A model generated the notes under the pieces. It was not told the origin of the DNA, ran no database searches, and saw only the letters and a program-made list of their open reading frames with translations. This document shows positions 19,717-39,009 of a DNA stretch of 64,000 bases, piece by piece. The translations under genes and the position numbers were made by a program. Numbering within the stretch: position 1 is the first letter of the stretch; each line of letters opens with the position of its first letter. Source of the stretch: the human T2T-CHM13v2.0 reference genome, Homo sapiens; assembly GCF_009914755.1 (NCBI RefSeq), contig NC_060948.1, one strand, 5' to 3'.

Positions 19717-21819
19717 AGATCCATATTTTTTAAATGAAAAAAAATTTCAAAGGTACTCTGCTTGGTACAATAATCAAATGTATAAACTGAGGAATAAAAC
19801 ATAACCATGAAACCTACTTATAACTGCATATGGAAAATACAGAGGATAATTTTTTAAATAACATATTTTGAAAGCCTTAACTAGTAATTTGAAGAGCTGG
19901 CATTTGAAAGGCCAGTATGAATATACCTTCAAAGCAGCAACACAGGTTCCCCATGAGAAAAAGCAAACACAGGGAAAATAAAAACACAAAGGTTCAATCT
20001 CTTCTGACCTTTGAAAGACACAGCACAGACAGTGGTCCTTAGGACGAAGAGCAGGAGACCCCTAATTCCGTCACCATGGCGATAGGGCATAAACATTGCT
20101 GGGTGAGGGCACAATCCACATTGTGAGGTCCAACTGCTGCCAGGAAGACAGGAGTGCTTTTACATAGACCGAAAGGTCATTGAAGGCTCAGAGTTTTGTT
20201 TCAAGAACTGAATCCCAAGCCCACACGTTATTAGGCTGCGCTTCTTAAAACAAGTTATGAGATGGGAAAAAGGGCACCCACAAACATACGTATACATTAT
20301 GTATATAATAATATACAGTATCATATATATAATATATATAACCTATGTATAATATTGTTTTACATCCTGCATCTTGTTATATATATTGTATAAAATATAA
20401 TAATTGATAATATATAAGTTTTATATTTATACAATATGACATATAGTATATATTATAATTTATGACATATATAATATATGTTATATATCATATATAGAAT
20501 ATATTATACGGTTAATATACGTATTAAATATAAATTATACATTATATATATTATATATAATATATCTGTTATATATAATACCCATTATGCATAATATATA
20601 TATTATGTCTATGTTATATATAGTATAAAACAACAGATAATAATATATAATTGTATATATAAAATGCGACATATAATATATATTATATTTTATAACATAT
20701 GTAATATATATTATATATTATATATAATACGTTGTATGTATAATACCTATATTAAATATATATTATATGACAATGTTATTAATTACATGTCACATGTGTT
20801 ATATATTATATATTTTACATAGAATATACCGGTTACATACAATATATACTATGTTACCTATAATGTATAATTTATTACATGTAAAATAAAGAATGCAATA
20901 TATTATGTATAATTTATAATATACAATATGTGGAATGTGATATATATAACATATAATATATGATATATGATATACAGTATATCATATATAACATACAATA
21001 TATGATTCCTAATATATATGGTATACAATATATATTTTATGACATGTATTCTATATGTTTTATATTCTGTTATATATAACTATTTGAAATTATATATAAC
21101 TGTATAATATTTTATGTAAATATGTAATATAATATATATAACTATATAATATATTATAGATAACTATATATTATGTTATATATACTTTTATAACATAATT
21201 TACATAAAATATCATAATATAATATATATTATATTATTTCATATTACATAATATATATTACATATCACCCAATATAACTAACATACATAATATTATAATA
21301 TAGATTATATTATGTTATATTAAATATCATATATATCATGTATCATATATTCTATAATATATATTACACATTATATAATATGTATGTTGTCTACTATGTG
21401 ATATATATAACTCTATATATAATTATATTATTATACATATAACTAGATAAACATGTAATTCTACATATTTTCATTTATAATATGTAGAATTATATAATCA
21501 TATATAATTATTTATATTCTATAAAAAATTTTATCATTCTATAAATTATAATATATAAAAATTATCATATGTACTACAAATATATATATTGTATATCATA
21601 TATGATATTGTATCTTTGTTATATATCATAATACATATAAATGTGTATTATGTTATCTATAATTATATAATTTCATATATAAGATGTATAATATGTATCA
21701 TATATTATATATGTTATGTAATATATATAGTATATATAAGATGACACAGGATAAATATTATATACTATGACATATAAAATATATGAGGTTATATGTTACA
21801 TATAAGGCATAGCACATAA

Positions 21820-22118
<299 letters not shown>

Positions 22119-24223
22119 AGATCCATATTTTTTAAATGAAAAAAAATTTCAAAGGTACTCTGCTTGGTACAATAATCTAATGTATAAACTGAGGAATAAA
22201 ACATAACCATGAAACCTACTTATAACTGCATATGGAAAATACAGAGGATAATTTTTTAAATAACATATTTTGAAAGCCTTAACTAGTAATTTGAAGAGTT
22301 GGCATTTGAAAGGCCAGTATGAATATACCTTCAAAGCAGCAACACAGGTTCCCCATGAGAAAAAGCAAACACAGGGAAAATAAAAACACAAAGGTTCAAT
22401 CTCTTCTGACCTTTGAAAGACACAGCACAGACAGTGGTCCTTAGGACGAAGAGCAGGAGACCCTTAATTCCGTCACCATGGCGATAGGGCATAAACATTG
22501 CTGGGTGAGGGCACAATCCACATTGTGAGGTCCAACTGCTGCCAGGAAGACAGGAGTGCTTTTACATAGACCGAAAGGTCATTGAAGGCTCAGAGTTTTG
22601 TTTCAAGAACTGAATCCCAAGCCCACACGTTATTAGGCTGCGCTTCTTAAAACAAGTTATGAGATGGGAAAAAGGGCACCCACAAACATACGTATACATT
22701 ATGTATATAATAATATACAGTATCATATATATAATATATATAACCTATGTATAATATTGTTTTACATCCTGCATCTTATGTTATATATATTGTATAAAAT
22801 ATAATAATTGATAATATATAAGTTTTATATTTATACAATATGACATATAGTATATATTATAATTTATGACATATATAATATATGTTATATATCATATATA
22901 GAATATATTATACGGTTAATATACGTATTAAATATAAATTATACATTATATATATTATATATAATATATCTGTTATATATAATACCCATTATGCATAATA
23001 TATATATTATGTCTATGTTATATATAGTATAAAACAACAGATAATAATATATAATTGTATATATAAAATGCGACATATAATATATATTATATTTTATAAC
23101 AAATGTAATATATATTATATATTATATATAATAGGTTGTATGTATAATACCTATATTAAATATATATTATATGACTATGTTATTAATTACATGTCACATG
23201 TGTTATATATTATATATTTTACATAGAATATACCGGTTACATACAATATATACTATGTTACCTATAATGTATAATTTATTACATGTAAAATAAAGAATGC
23301 AATATATTATGTATAATTTATAATATACAATATGTGGAATGTGATATATATAACATATAATATATGATATATGATATACAGTATATCATATATAACATAC
23401 AATATATGATTCCTAATATATATGGTATACAATATATATTTTATGACATGTATTCTATATGTTTTATATTCTGTTATATATAACTATTTGAAATTATATA
23501 TAACTGTATAATATTTTATGTAAATATGTAATATAATATATATAACTATATAATATATTATAGATAACTATATATTATGTTATATATACTTTTATAACAT
23601 AATTTACATAAAATATCATAATATAATATATATTATATTATTTCATATTACATAATATATATTACATATCACCCAATATAACTAACATACATAATATTAT
23701 AATATAGATTATATTATGTTATATTAAATATCATATATATCATGTATCATATATTCTATAATATATATTACACATTATATAATATGTATGTTGTCTACTA
23801 TGTGATATATATAACTCTATATATAATTATATTATTATACATATAACTAGATAAACATGTAATTCTACATATTTTCATTTATAATATGTAGAATTATATA
23901 ATCATATATAATTATTTATATTCTATAAAAAATTTTATCATTCTATAAATTATAATATATAAAAATTATCATATGTACTACAAATATATATATTGTATAT
24001 CATATATGATATTGTATCTTTGTTATATATCATAATACATATAAATGTGTATTATGTTATCTATAATTATATAATTTCATATATAAGATGTATAATATGT
24101 ATCATATATTATATATGTTATGTAATATATATAGTATATATAAGATGACACAGGATAAATATTATATACTATGACATATAAAATATATGAGGTTATATGT
24201 TACATATAAGGCATAGCACATAA

Positions 24224-24522
<299 letters not shown>

Positions 24523-26627
24523 AGATCCATATTTTTTAAATGAAAAAAAATTTCAAAGGTACTCTGCTTGGTACAATAATCTAATGTATAAACTGAGGAA
24601 TAAAACATAACCATGAAACCTACTTATAACTGCATATGGAAAATACAGAGGATAATTTTTTAAATAACATATTTTGAAAGCCTTAACTAGTAATTTGAAG
24701 AGTTGGCATTTGAAAGGCCAGTATGAATATACCTTCAAAGCAGCAACACAGGTTCCCCATGAGAAAAAGCAAACACAGGGAAAATAAAAACACAAAGGTT
24801 CAATCTCTTCTGACCTTTGAAAGACACAGCACAGACAGTGGTCCTTAGGACGAAGAGCAGGAGACCCTTAATTCCGTCACCATGGCGATAGGGCATAAAC
24901 ATTGCTGGGTGAGGGCACAATCCACATTGTGAGGTCCAACTGCTGCCAGGAAGACAGGAGTGCTTTTACATAGACCGAAAGGTCATTGAAGGCTCAGAGT
25001 TTTGTTTCAAGAACTGAATCCCAAGCCCACACGTTATTAGGCTGCGCTTCTTAAAACAAGTTATGAGATGGGAAAAAGGGCACCCACAAACATACGTATA
25101 CATTATGTATATAATAATATACAGTATCATATATATAATATATATAACCTATGTATAATATTGTTTTACATCCTGCATCTTATGTTATATATATTGTATA
25201 AAATATAATAATTGATAATATATAAGTTTTATATTTATACAATATGACATATAGTATATATTATAATTTATGACATATATAATATATGTTATATATCATA
25301 TATAGAATATATTATACGGTTAATATACGTATTAAATATAAATTATACATTATATATATTATATATAATATATCTGTTATATATAATACCCATTATGCAT
25401 AATATATATATTATGTCTATGTTATATATAGTATAAAACAACAGATAATAATATATAATTGTATATATAAAATGCGACATATAATATATATTATATTTTA
25501 TAACAAATGTAATATATATTATATATTATATATAATAGGTTGTATGTATAATACCTATATTAAATATATATTATATGACTATGTTATTAATTACATGTCA
25601 CATGTGTTATATATTATATATTTTACATAGAATATACCGGTTACATACAATATATACTATGTTACCTATAATGTATAATTTATTACATGTAAAATAAAGA
25701 ATGCAATATATTATGTATAATTTATAATATACAATATGTGGAATGTGATATATATAACATATAATATATGATATATGATATACAGTATATGATATATAAC
25801 ATACAATATATGATTCCTAATATATATGGTATACAATATATATTTTATGACATGTATTCTATATGTTTTATATTCTGTTATATATAACTATTTGAAATTA
25901 TATATAACTGTATAATATTTTATGTAAATATGTAATATAATATATATAACTATATAATATATTATAGATAACTATATATTATGTTATATATACTTTTATA
26001 ACATAATTTACATAAAATATCATAATATAATATATATTATATTATTTCATATTACATAATATATATTACATATCACCCAATATAACTAACATACATAATA
26101 TTATAATATAGATTATATTATGTTATATTAAATATCATATATATCATGTATCATATATTCTATAATATATATTACACATTATATAATATGTATGTTGTCT
26201 ACTATGTGATATATATAACTCTATATATAATTATATTATTATACATATAACTAGATAAACATGTAATTCTACATATTTTCATTTATAATATGTAGAATTA
26301 TATAATCATATATAATTATTTATATTCTATAAAAAATTTTATCATTCTATAAATTATAATATATAAAAATTATCATATGTACTACAAATATATATATTGT
26401 ATATCATATATGATATAGTATCTTTGTTATATATCATAATACATATAAATGTGTATTATGTTATCTATAATTATATAATTTCATATATAAGATGTATAAT
26501 ATGTATCATATATTATATATGTTATGTAATATATATAGTATATATAAGATGACACAGGATAAATATTATATACTATGACATATAAAATATATGAGGTTAT
26601 ATGTTACATATAAGGCATAGCACATAA

Positions 26628-26926
<299 letters not shown>

Positions 26927-29047
26927 AGATCCATATTTTTTAAATGAAAAAAAATTTCAAAGGTACTCTGCTTGGTACAATAATCTAATGTATAAACTGA
27001 GGAATAAAACATAACCATGAAACCTACTTATAACTGCATATGGAAAATACAGAGGATAATTTTTTAAATAACATATTTTGAAAGCCTTAACTAGTAATTT
27101 GAAGAGTTGGCATTTGAAAGGCCAGTATGAATATACCTTCAAAGCAGCAACACAGGTTCCCCATGAGAAAAAGCAAACACAGGGAAAATAAAAACACAAA
27201 GGTTCAATCTCTTCTGACCTTTGAAAGACACAGCACAGACAGTGGTCCTTAGGACGAAGAGCAGGAGACCCCTAATTCCGTCACCATGGCGATAGGGCAT
27301 AAACATTGCTGGGTGAGGGCACAATCCACATTGTGAGGTCCAACTGCTGCCAGGAAGACAGGAGTGCTTTTACATAGACCGAAAGGTCATTGAAGGCTCA
27401 GAGTTTTGTTTCAAGAACTGAATCCCAAGCCCACACGTTATTAGGCTGCGCTTCTTAAAACAAGTTATGAGATGGGAAAAAGGGCACCCACAAACATACG
27501 TATACATTATGTATATAATAATATACAGTATCATATATATAATATATATAACCTATGTATAATATTGTTTTACATCCTGCATCTTATGTTATATATATTG
27601 TATAAAATATAATAATTGATAATATATAAGTTTTATATTTATACAATATGACATATAGTATATATTATAATTTATGACATATATAATATATGTTATATAT
27701 CATATATAGAATATATTATACGGTTAATATACGTATTAAATATAAATTATACATTATATATATTATATATAATATATCTGTTATATATAATACCCATTAT
27801 GCATAATATATATATTATGTCTATGTTATATATAGTATAAAACAACAGATAATAATATATAATTGTATATATAAAATGCGACATATAATATATATTATAT
27901 TTTATAACAAATGTAATATATATTATATATAATAGGTTGTATGTATAATACCTATATTAAATATATATTATATGACTATGTTATTAATTACATGTCACAT
28001 GTGTTATATATTATATATTTTACATAGAATATACCGGTTACATACAATATATACTATGTTACCTATAATGTATAATTTATTACATGTAAAATAAAGAATG
28101 CAATATATTATGTATAATTTATAATATACAATATGTGGAATGTGATATATATAACATATAATATATGATATATGATATACAGTATATGATATATAACATA
28201 CAATATATGATTCCTAATATATATGGTATACAATATATATTTTGTGACATGTATTCTATATGTTTTATATTCTGTTATATATAACTATTTGAAATTATAT
28301 ATAACTGTATAATATTTTATGTAAATATGTAATATAATATATATAACTATATAATATATTATAGATAACTATATATTATGTTATATATACTTTTATAACA
28401 TAATTTACATAAAATATCATAATATAATATATATTATATTATTTCATATTACATAATATATATTACATATCACCCAATATAACTAACATACATAATATTA
28501 TAATATAGATTATATTATGTTATATTAAATATCATATATATCATGTATCATATATTCTATAATATATATTACACATTATATAATATGTATGTTGTCTACT
28601 ATGTGATATATATAACTCTATATATAATTATATTATTATACATATAACTAGATAAACATGTAATTCTACATATTTTCATTTATAATATGTAGAATTATAT
28701 AATCATATATAATTATTTATATTCTATAAAAAATTTTATCATTCTATAAATTATAATATATAAAAATTATCATATGTACTACAAATATATATATTGTATA
28801 TCATATATGATATAGTATCTTTGTTATATATCATAATACATATAAATGTGTATTATGTTATCTATAATTATATAATTTCATATATAAGATGTATAATATG
28901 TATCATACATTATATATGTTATGTAATATATATAGTATATATAAGATGACACAGGATAAATATTATATACTATGACATATAAAATATATGAGGTTATATG
29001 TTACATATAAGGCATAGCACATAACATGTAATATATATCATATATAA

Positions 29048-29339
29048 TTTTTTTTTAGACAGAATCTTGTCCTGTTGCACAGGGTGGGGTAAAATGGCGC
29101 CATCTTTGCTCACTGCAACTTCTGCCTCACGGGTCCAAGCGATTGTCCTCCCTCAGCCTCCCAGGTAGCTGGGACTACACCACACTGGGACTACACCAGC
29201 TGCCACCATGCCTAGCTAATTTTTTGGATTTTTAGTAGTGACAGCGTTTCACTGTATTGGCCAGGATGGTCTTGATCTCTTCACCTTGTGATCCCCTTGC
29301 CTTGGCCTCCAAATTTGCTGGGATTACAGGCCTGAGCCA
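29048..29339 (-). mobile_element. Alu, U13, long form
   Basis: Copy of U1 Alu. Confidence 0.93.
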
Positions 29340-31442
29340 AGATCCATATTTTTTAAATGAAAAAAAATTTCAAAGGTACTCTGCTTGGTACAATAATCAA
29401 ATGTATAAACTGAGGAATAAAACATAACCATGAAACCTACTTATAACTGCATATGGAAAATACAGAGGATAATTTTTTAAATAACATATTTTGAAAGCCT
29501 TAACTAGTAATTTGAAGAGTTGGCATTTGAAAGGCCAGTATGAATATACCTTCAAAGCAGCAACACAGGTTCCCCATGAGAAAAAGCAAACACAGGGAAA
29601 ATAAAAACACAAAGGTTCAATCTCTTCTGACCTTTGAAAGACACAGCACAGACAGTGGTCCTTAGGACGAAGAGCAGGAGACCCCTAATTCCGTCACCAT
29701 GGCGATAGGGCATAAACATTGCTGGGTGAGGGCACAATCCACATTGTGAGGTCCAACTGCTGCCAGGAAGACAGGAGTGCTTTTACATAGACCGAAAGGT
29801 CATTGAAGGCTCAGAGTTTTGTTTCAAGAACTGAATCCCAAGCCCACACGTTATTAGGCTGCGCTTCTTAAAACAAGTTATGAGATGGGAAAAAGGGCAC
29901 CCACAAACATACGTATACATTATGTATATAATAATATACAGTGTCATATATATAATATATATAACCTATGTATAATATTGTTTTACATCCTGCATCTTAT
30001 GTTATATATATTGTATAAAATATAATAATTGATAATATATAAGTTTTATATTTATACAATATGACATATAGTATATATTATAATTTATGACATATATAAT
30101 ATATGTTATATATCATATGTAGAATATATTATACGGTTAATATACGTATTAAATATAAATTATACATTATATATATTATATATAATATATCTGTTATATA
30201 TAATACCCATTATGCATGATATATATATTATGTCTATGTTATATATAGTATAAAACAACATATAATAATATATAATTGTATATATAAAATGCGACATATA
30301 ATATATATTATATTTTATAACATATGTAATATATATTATATATTATATATAATACGTTGTATGTATAATACCTATATTAAATATATATTATATGACTATG
30401 TTATTAATTACATGTCACATGTGTTATATATTATATATTTTACATAGAATATACCGGTTACATACAATATATACTATGTTACCTATAATGTATAATTTAT
30501 TACATGTAAAATAAAGAATGCAATATATTATTTATAATTTATAATATACCATATGTGGAATGTGATATATATAACATATAATATATGATATATGATATAC
30601 AGTATATGATATATAACATACAATATATGATTCCTAATATATATGGTATACAATATATATTTTATGATATGTATTCTATATGTTTTATATTCTGTTATAT
30701 ATAACTATTTGAAATTATATATAACTGTATAATATTTTATGTAAATATGTAATATAATATATATAACTATATAAATATATTATATATAACTATATATTAT
30801 GTTATATATAGTTTTATAACATAATTTACATAAAATATCATAATATAATATATATTATATTATTTCATATTACATAATATATATTACATATCACACAATA
30901 TAACTAACATACATAATATTATAAAGAGATTATATTATGTTATATTAAATATCATATATCATGTATCATATATTCTATAATATATATTACACATTATATA
31001 ATATGTATGTTGTCTATTATGTGATATATATAACTCTATATATAATTATATTATTATACATATAACTAGATAAACATGTAATTCTACATATTTTCATTTA
31101 TAATATGTAGAATTATATAATCATATATAATTATTTATATTCTATAAAAAATTTTATCATTCTATAAATTATAATATATAAAAATTATAATATGTACTAC
31201 AAATATATATATTATATATCATATATGATATAGTAACTTTGTTATATATCATAATACATATAAATGTGTATTATGTTATCTATAATTATATAATTTCATA
31301 TATAAGATGTATAATATGTATCATATATTATATATGTTATGTAATATATATAGTATATATAAGATGACACAGGATAAATATTATATACTATGACATATAA
31401 AATATATGAGGTTATATGTTACATATAAGGCATAGCACATAA

Positions 31443-31757
<315 letters not shown>

Positions 31758-33860
31758 AGATCCATATTTTTTAAATGAAAAAAAATTTCAAAGGTACTCT
31801 GCTTGGTACAATAATCAAATGTATAAACTGAGGAATGAAACATAACCATGAAACCTACTTATAACTGCATATGGAAAATACAGAGGATAATTTTTTAAAT
31901 AACATATTTTGAAAGCCTTAACTAGTAATTTGAAGAGCTGGCATTTGAAAGGCCAGTATGAATATACCTTCAAAGCAGCAACACAGGTTCCCCATGAGAA
32001 AAAGCAAACACAGGGAAAATAAAAACACAAAGGTTCAATCTCTTCTGACCTTTGAAAGACACAGCACAGACAGTGGTCCTTAGGACGAAGAGCAGGAGAC
32101 CCCTAATTCCGTCACCATGGCGATAGGGCATAAACATTGCTGGGTGAGGGCACAATCCACATTGTGAGGTCCAACTGCTGCCAGGAAGACAGGAGTGCTT
32201 TTACATAGACCGAAAGGTCATTGAAGGCTCAGAGTTTTGTTTCAAGAACTGAATCCCAAGCCCACACGTTATTAGGCTGCGCTTCTTAAAACAAGTTATG
32301 AGATGGGAAAAAGGGCACCCACAAACATACGTATACATTATGTATATAATAATATACAGTATCATATATATAATATATATAACCTATGTATAATATTGTT
32401 TTACATCCTGCATCTTGTTATATATATTGTATAAAATATAATAATTGATAATATATAAGTTTTATATTTATACAATATGACATATAGTATATATTATAAT
32501 TTATGACATATATAATATATGTTATATATCATCTATAGAATATATTATACGGTTAATATACGTATTAAATATAAATTATACATTATATATATTATATATA
32601 ATATATCTGTTATATATAATACCCATTATGCATGATATATATATTATGTCTATGTTATATATAGTATAAAACAACATATAATAATATATAATTGTATATA
32701 TAAAATGCGACATATAATATATATTATATTTTATAACATATGTAATATATATTATATATTATATATAATACGTTGTATGTATAATACCTATATTAAATAT
32801 ATATTATATGACTATGTTATTAATTACATGTCACATGTGTTATATATTATATATTTTACATAGAATATACCGGTTACATACAATATATACTATGTTACCT
32901 ATAATGTATAATTTATTACATGTAAAATAAAGAATGCAATATATTATGTATAATTTATAATATACAATATGTGGAATGTGATATATATAACATATAATAT
33001 ATGATATATGATATACAGTATATGATATATAACATACAATGTATGATTCCTAATATATAAGGTATACAATATATATTTTATGATATGTATTCTATATGTT
33101 TTATATTCTGTTATATATAACTATTTGAAATTATATATAACTGTATAATATTTTATGTAAATATGTAATATAATATATATAACTATATAATATATTATAG
33201 ATAACTATATATTATGTTATATATACTTTTATAACATAATTTACATAAAATATCATAATATAATATATATTATATTATTTCATATTACATAATATATATT
33301 AGATATCACCCAATATAACTAACATACATAATATTATAATATAGATTATATTATGTTATATTAAATATCATATATATCATGTATCATATATTCTATAATA
33401 TATATTACACATTATATAATATGTATGTTGTCTATTATGTGATATATATAACTATATATATAATTATATTTTTATACATATAACTAGATAAACATGTAAT
33501 TCTACATATTTTCATTTATAATATGTAGAATTATATAATCATATATAATTATTTATATTCTATAAAAAATTTTATCATTATATAAATTATAATATATAAA
33601 AATTATAATATGTACTACAAATATATATATTATATATCATATATGATATAGTACCTTTGTTATATATCATAATACATATAAATGTGTATTATGTTATCTA
33701 TAATTATATAATTTCATATATAAGATGAATAATATGTATCATATATTATATAAGTTATGTAATATATATAGTATATATAAGATGACACAGGATAAATATT
33801 ATATACTATGACATATAAAATATATGAGGTTATATGTTACATATAAGGCATAGCACATAA

Positions 33861-34175
<315 letters not shown>

Positions 34176-36302
34176 AGATCCATATTTTTTAAATGAAAAA
34201 AAATTTCAAAGGTACTCTGCTTGGTACAATAATCTAATGTATAAACTGAGGAATAAAACATAACCATGAAACCTACTTATAACTGCATATGGAAAATACA
34301 GAGGATAATTTTTTAAATAACATATTTTGAAAGCCTTAACTAGTAATTTGAAGAGTTGGCATTTGAAAGGCCAGTATGAATATACCTTCAAAGCAGCAAC
34401 ACAGGTTCCCCATGAGAAAAAGCAAACACAGGGAAAATAAAAACACAAAGGTTCAATCTCTTCTGACCTTTGAAAGACACAGCACAGACAGTGGTCCTTA
34501 GGACGAAGAGCAGGAGACCCCTAATTCCGTCACCATGGCGATAGGGCATAAACATTGCTGGGTGAGGGCACAATCCACATTGTGAGGTCCAACTGCTGCC
34601 AGGAAGACAGGAGTGCTTTTACATAGACCGAAAGGTCATTGAAGGCTCAGAGTTTTGTTTCAAGAACTGAATCCCAAGCCCACACGTTATTAGGCTGCGC
34701 TTCTTAAAACAAGTTATGAGATGGGAAAAAGGGCACCCACAAACATACGTATACATTATGTATATAATAATATACAGTATCATATATATAATATATATAA
34801 CCTATGTATAATATTGTTTTACATCCTGCATCTTATGTTATATATATTGTATAAAATATAATAATTGATAATATATAAGTTTTATATTTATACAGTATGA
34901 CATATAGTATATATTATAATTTATGACATATATAATATATGTTATATATCATATATAGAATATATTATACGGTTAATATACGTATTAAATATAAATTATA
35001 CATTATATATATTATATATAATATATCTGTTATATATAATACCCATTATGCATAATATATATATTATGTCTATGTTATATATAGTATAAAACAACAGATA
35101 ATAATATATAATTGTATATATAAAATGCGACATATAATATATATTATATTTTATAACATATGTAAGATATATTATATATTATATATAATACGTTGTATGT
35201 ATAATACCTATATTAAATATATATTATATGACTATGTTATTAATTACATGTCACATGTGTTATATATTATATATTTTACATAGAATATACCGGTTACATA
35301 CAATATATACTATGTTACCTATAATGTATAATTTATTACATGTAAAATAAAGAATGCAATATATTATGTATAATTTATAGTATAACATATGTGGAATGTG
35401 ATATATATAACATATAATATATGATATATGATATACAGTATATGATATATAACATACAATATATGATTCCTAATATATATGGTATACAATATATATTTTA
35501 TGATATGTATTCTATATGTTTTATATTCTGTTATATATAACTATATGAAATTATATATAACTGTATAATATTTTATGTAAATATGTAATATAATATATAT
35601 AACTATATAATATATTATATATAACTATATATTATGTTATATATACTTTTATAACATAATTTACATAAAATATCATAATATAATATATATTATATTATTT
35701 CATATTACATAATATATATTACATATCACCCAATATAAGTAACATACATAATATTATAAAGAGATTATATTATGTTATATTAAATATCATATATGTCATG
35801 TATCATATATTCTATAATATATATTACACATTATATAATATGTATGTTGTCTATTATGTGATATATATAACTCTATATATATTTATATTATTATACATAT
35901 AACTAGATAAACATGTAATTCTACATATTTTCATTTATAATATGTAGAATTATATAATCATATATAATTATTTATATTCTATAAAAAATTTTATCATTAT
36001 ATAAATTATAATATATAAAAATTATAATATGTACTACAAATATATATATTATATATCATATCTGATATAGTACCTTTGTTATATATCATAATACATATAA
36101 ATGTGTATTATGTTATCTATAATTATATAATTTCATATATAAGATGTATAATATGTATCATATATTATATATGTTATGTAATATATATAGTATATATAAG
36201 ATGACACAGGATAAATATTATATACTATGACATATAAAATATATCAGGTTATATGTTACATATAAGGCATAGCACATAACATGTAATATATATCATATAT
36301 AA

Positions 36303-36594
36303 TTTTTTTTTAGACAGAATCTTGTCCTGTTGCACAGGGTGGGGTACAATGGCGCCATCTTTGCTCACTGCAACTTCTGACTCACGGGTCCAAGCGATTG
36401 TCCTCCCTCAGCCTCCCAGGTAGCTGGGACTACACCACACTGGGACTACACCAGCTGCCACCATGCCTAGATAATTTTTTGGATTTTTAGTAGTGACAGC
36501 GTTTCACTGTATTGGCCAGGATGGTCTTGATCTCTTCACCTTGTGATCCCCTTGCCTTGGCCTCCAAATTTGCTGGGATTACAGGCCTGAGCCA
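36303..36594 (-). mobile_element. Alu, U16, long form
   Basis: Copy of U1 Alu with tctgActc variant. Confidence 0.93.
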
Positions 36595-38717
36595 AGATCC
36601 ATATTTTTTAAATGAAAAAAAATTTCAAAGGTACTCTGCTTGGTACAATAATCAAATGTATAAACTGAGGAATGAAACATAACCATGAAACCTACTTATA
36701 ACTGCATATGGAAAATACAGAGGATAATTTTTTAAATAACATATTTTGAAAGCCTTAACTAGTAATTTGAAGAGTTGGCATTTGAAAGGCCAGTATGAAT
36801 ATACCTTCAAAGCAGCAACACAGGTTCCCCATGAGAAAAAGCAAACACAGGGAAAATAAAAACACAAAGGTTCAATCTCTTCTGACCTTTGAAAGACACA
36901 GCACAGACAGTGGTCCTAAGGACGAAGAGCAGGAGACCCCTAATTCCGTCACCATGGCGATAGGGCATAAACATTGCTGGGTGAGGGCACAATCCACATT
37001 GTGAGGTCCAACTGCTGCCAGGAAGACAGGAGTGCTTTTACATAGACCGAAAGGTCATTGAAGGCTCAGAGTTTTGTTTCAAGAACTGAATCCCAAGCCC
37101 ACACGTTATTAGGCTGCGCTTCTTAAAACAAGTTATGAGATGGGAAAAAGGGCACCCACAAACATACGTATACATTATGTATATAATAATATACAGTATC
37201 ATATATATAATATATATAACCTATGTATAATATTGTTTTACATCCTGCATCTTATGTTATATATATTGTATAAAATATAATAATTGATAATATATAAGTT
37301 TTATATTTATACAATATGACATATAGTATATATTATAATTTATGACATATATAATATATGTTATATGTCATATATAGAATATATTATACGGTTAATATAC
37401 GTATTAAATATAAATTATACATTATATATATTATATATATCTGTTATATATAATACCCATTATGCATAATATATATATTATGTCTATGTTATATATAGTA
37501 TAAAACAACATATAATAATATATAATTGTATATATAAAATGCGACATAGAATATATATTATATTTTATAACATATGTAATATATATTATATATTATATAT
37601 AATACGTTATATGTATAATACCTATATTAAATATATATTATATGACTATGTTATTAATTACATGTCACATGTGTTATATATTATATATTTTACATAGAAT
37701 ATACCGGTTACATACAATATATACTATGTTACCTATAATGTATAATTTATTACATGTAAAATAAAGACTGCAATATATTATGTATAATTTATAATATACA
37801 ATATGTGGAATGTGATATATATAACATATAATATATGATATATGATATACAGTATATGATATATAACATACAATATATGATTCCTAATATATATGGTATA
37901 CAATATATATTTTATGATATGTATTCTATATGTTTTATATTCTGTTATATATAACTATTTGAAATTATATATAACTGCATAATATTTTATGTAAATATGT
38001 AATATAATATATATAACTATATAATATATTATATATAACTATATATTATGTTATATATACTTTTATAACATAATTTACATAAAATATCATAATATAATAT
38101 ATATTATATTATTTCATATTACATAATATATATTACATATCACCCAATATAACTAACATACATAATATTATAATATAGATTATATTGTGTTATATTAAAT
38201 ATCATATATATCATGTATCATATATTCTGTAATATATATTACACGTTATATAATATGTATGTTGTCTATTATGTGATATATATAACTATATATATAATTA
38301 TATTTTTATACATATAACTAGATAAACATGTAATTCTACATATTTTCATTTATAATATGTAGAATTATATAATCATATATAATTATTTATATTCTATAAA
38401 AAATTTTATCATTATATAAATTATAATATATAAAAATTATAATATGTACTACAAATATATATATTATATATCATATCTGATATAGTACCTTTGTTATATA
38501 TCATAATACATATAAATGTGTATTATGTTATCTATAATTATATAATTTCATATATAAGATGTATAATATGTATCATATATTATATATGTTATGTAATATA
38601 TACAGTATATATAAGATGACATAGGATAAATATTATATACTATGACATATAAAATATATCAGGTTATATGTTACATATAAGGCATAGCACATAACATGTA
38701 ATATATATCATATATAA

Positions 38718-39009
38718 TTTTTTTTTAGACAGAATCTTGTCCTGTTGCACAGGGTGGGGTTCAATGGCGCCATCTTTGCTCACTGCAACTTCTGACTCAC
38801 GGGTCCAAGCGATTGTCCAACCTCAGCCTCCCAGGTAGCTGGGACTACACCACACTGGGACTACACCAGCTGCCACCATGCCTAGCTAATTTTTTGGATT
38901 TTTAGTAGTGACAGCGTTTCACTGTATTGGCCAGGATGGTCTTGATCTCTTCACCTTGTGATCCCCTTGCCTTGGCCTCCAAATTTGCTGGGATTACAGG
39001 CCTGAGCCA
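38718..39009 (-). mobile_element. Alu, U17, long form
   Basis: Copy of U1 Alu with tctgActc variant. Confidence 0.93.
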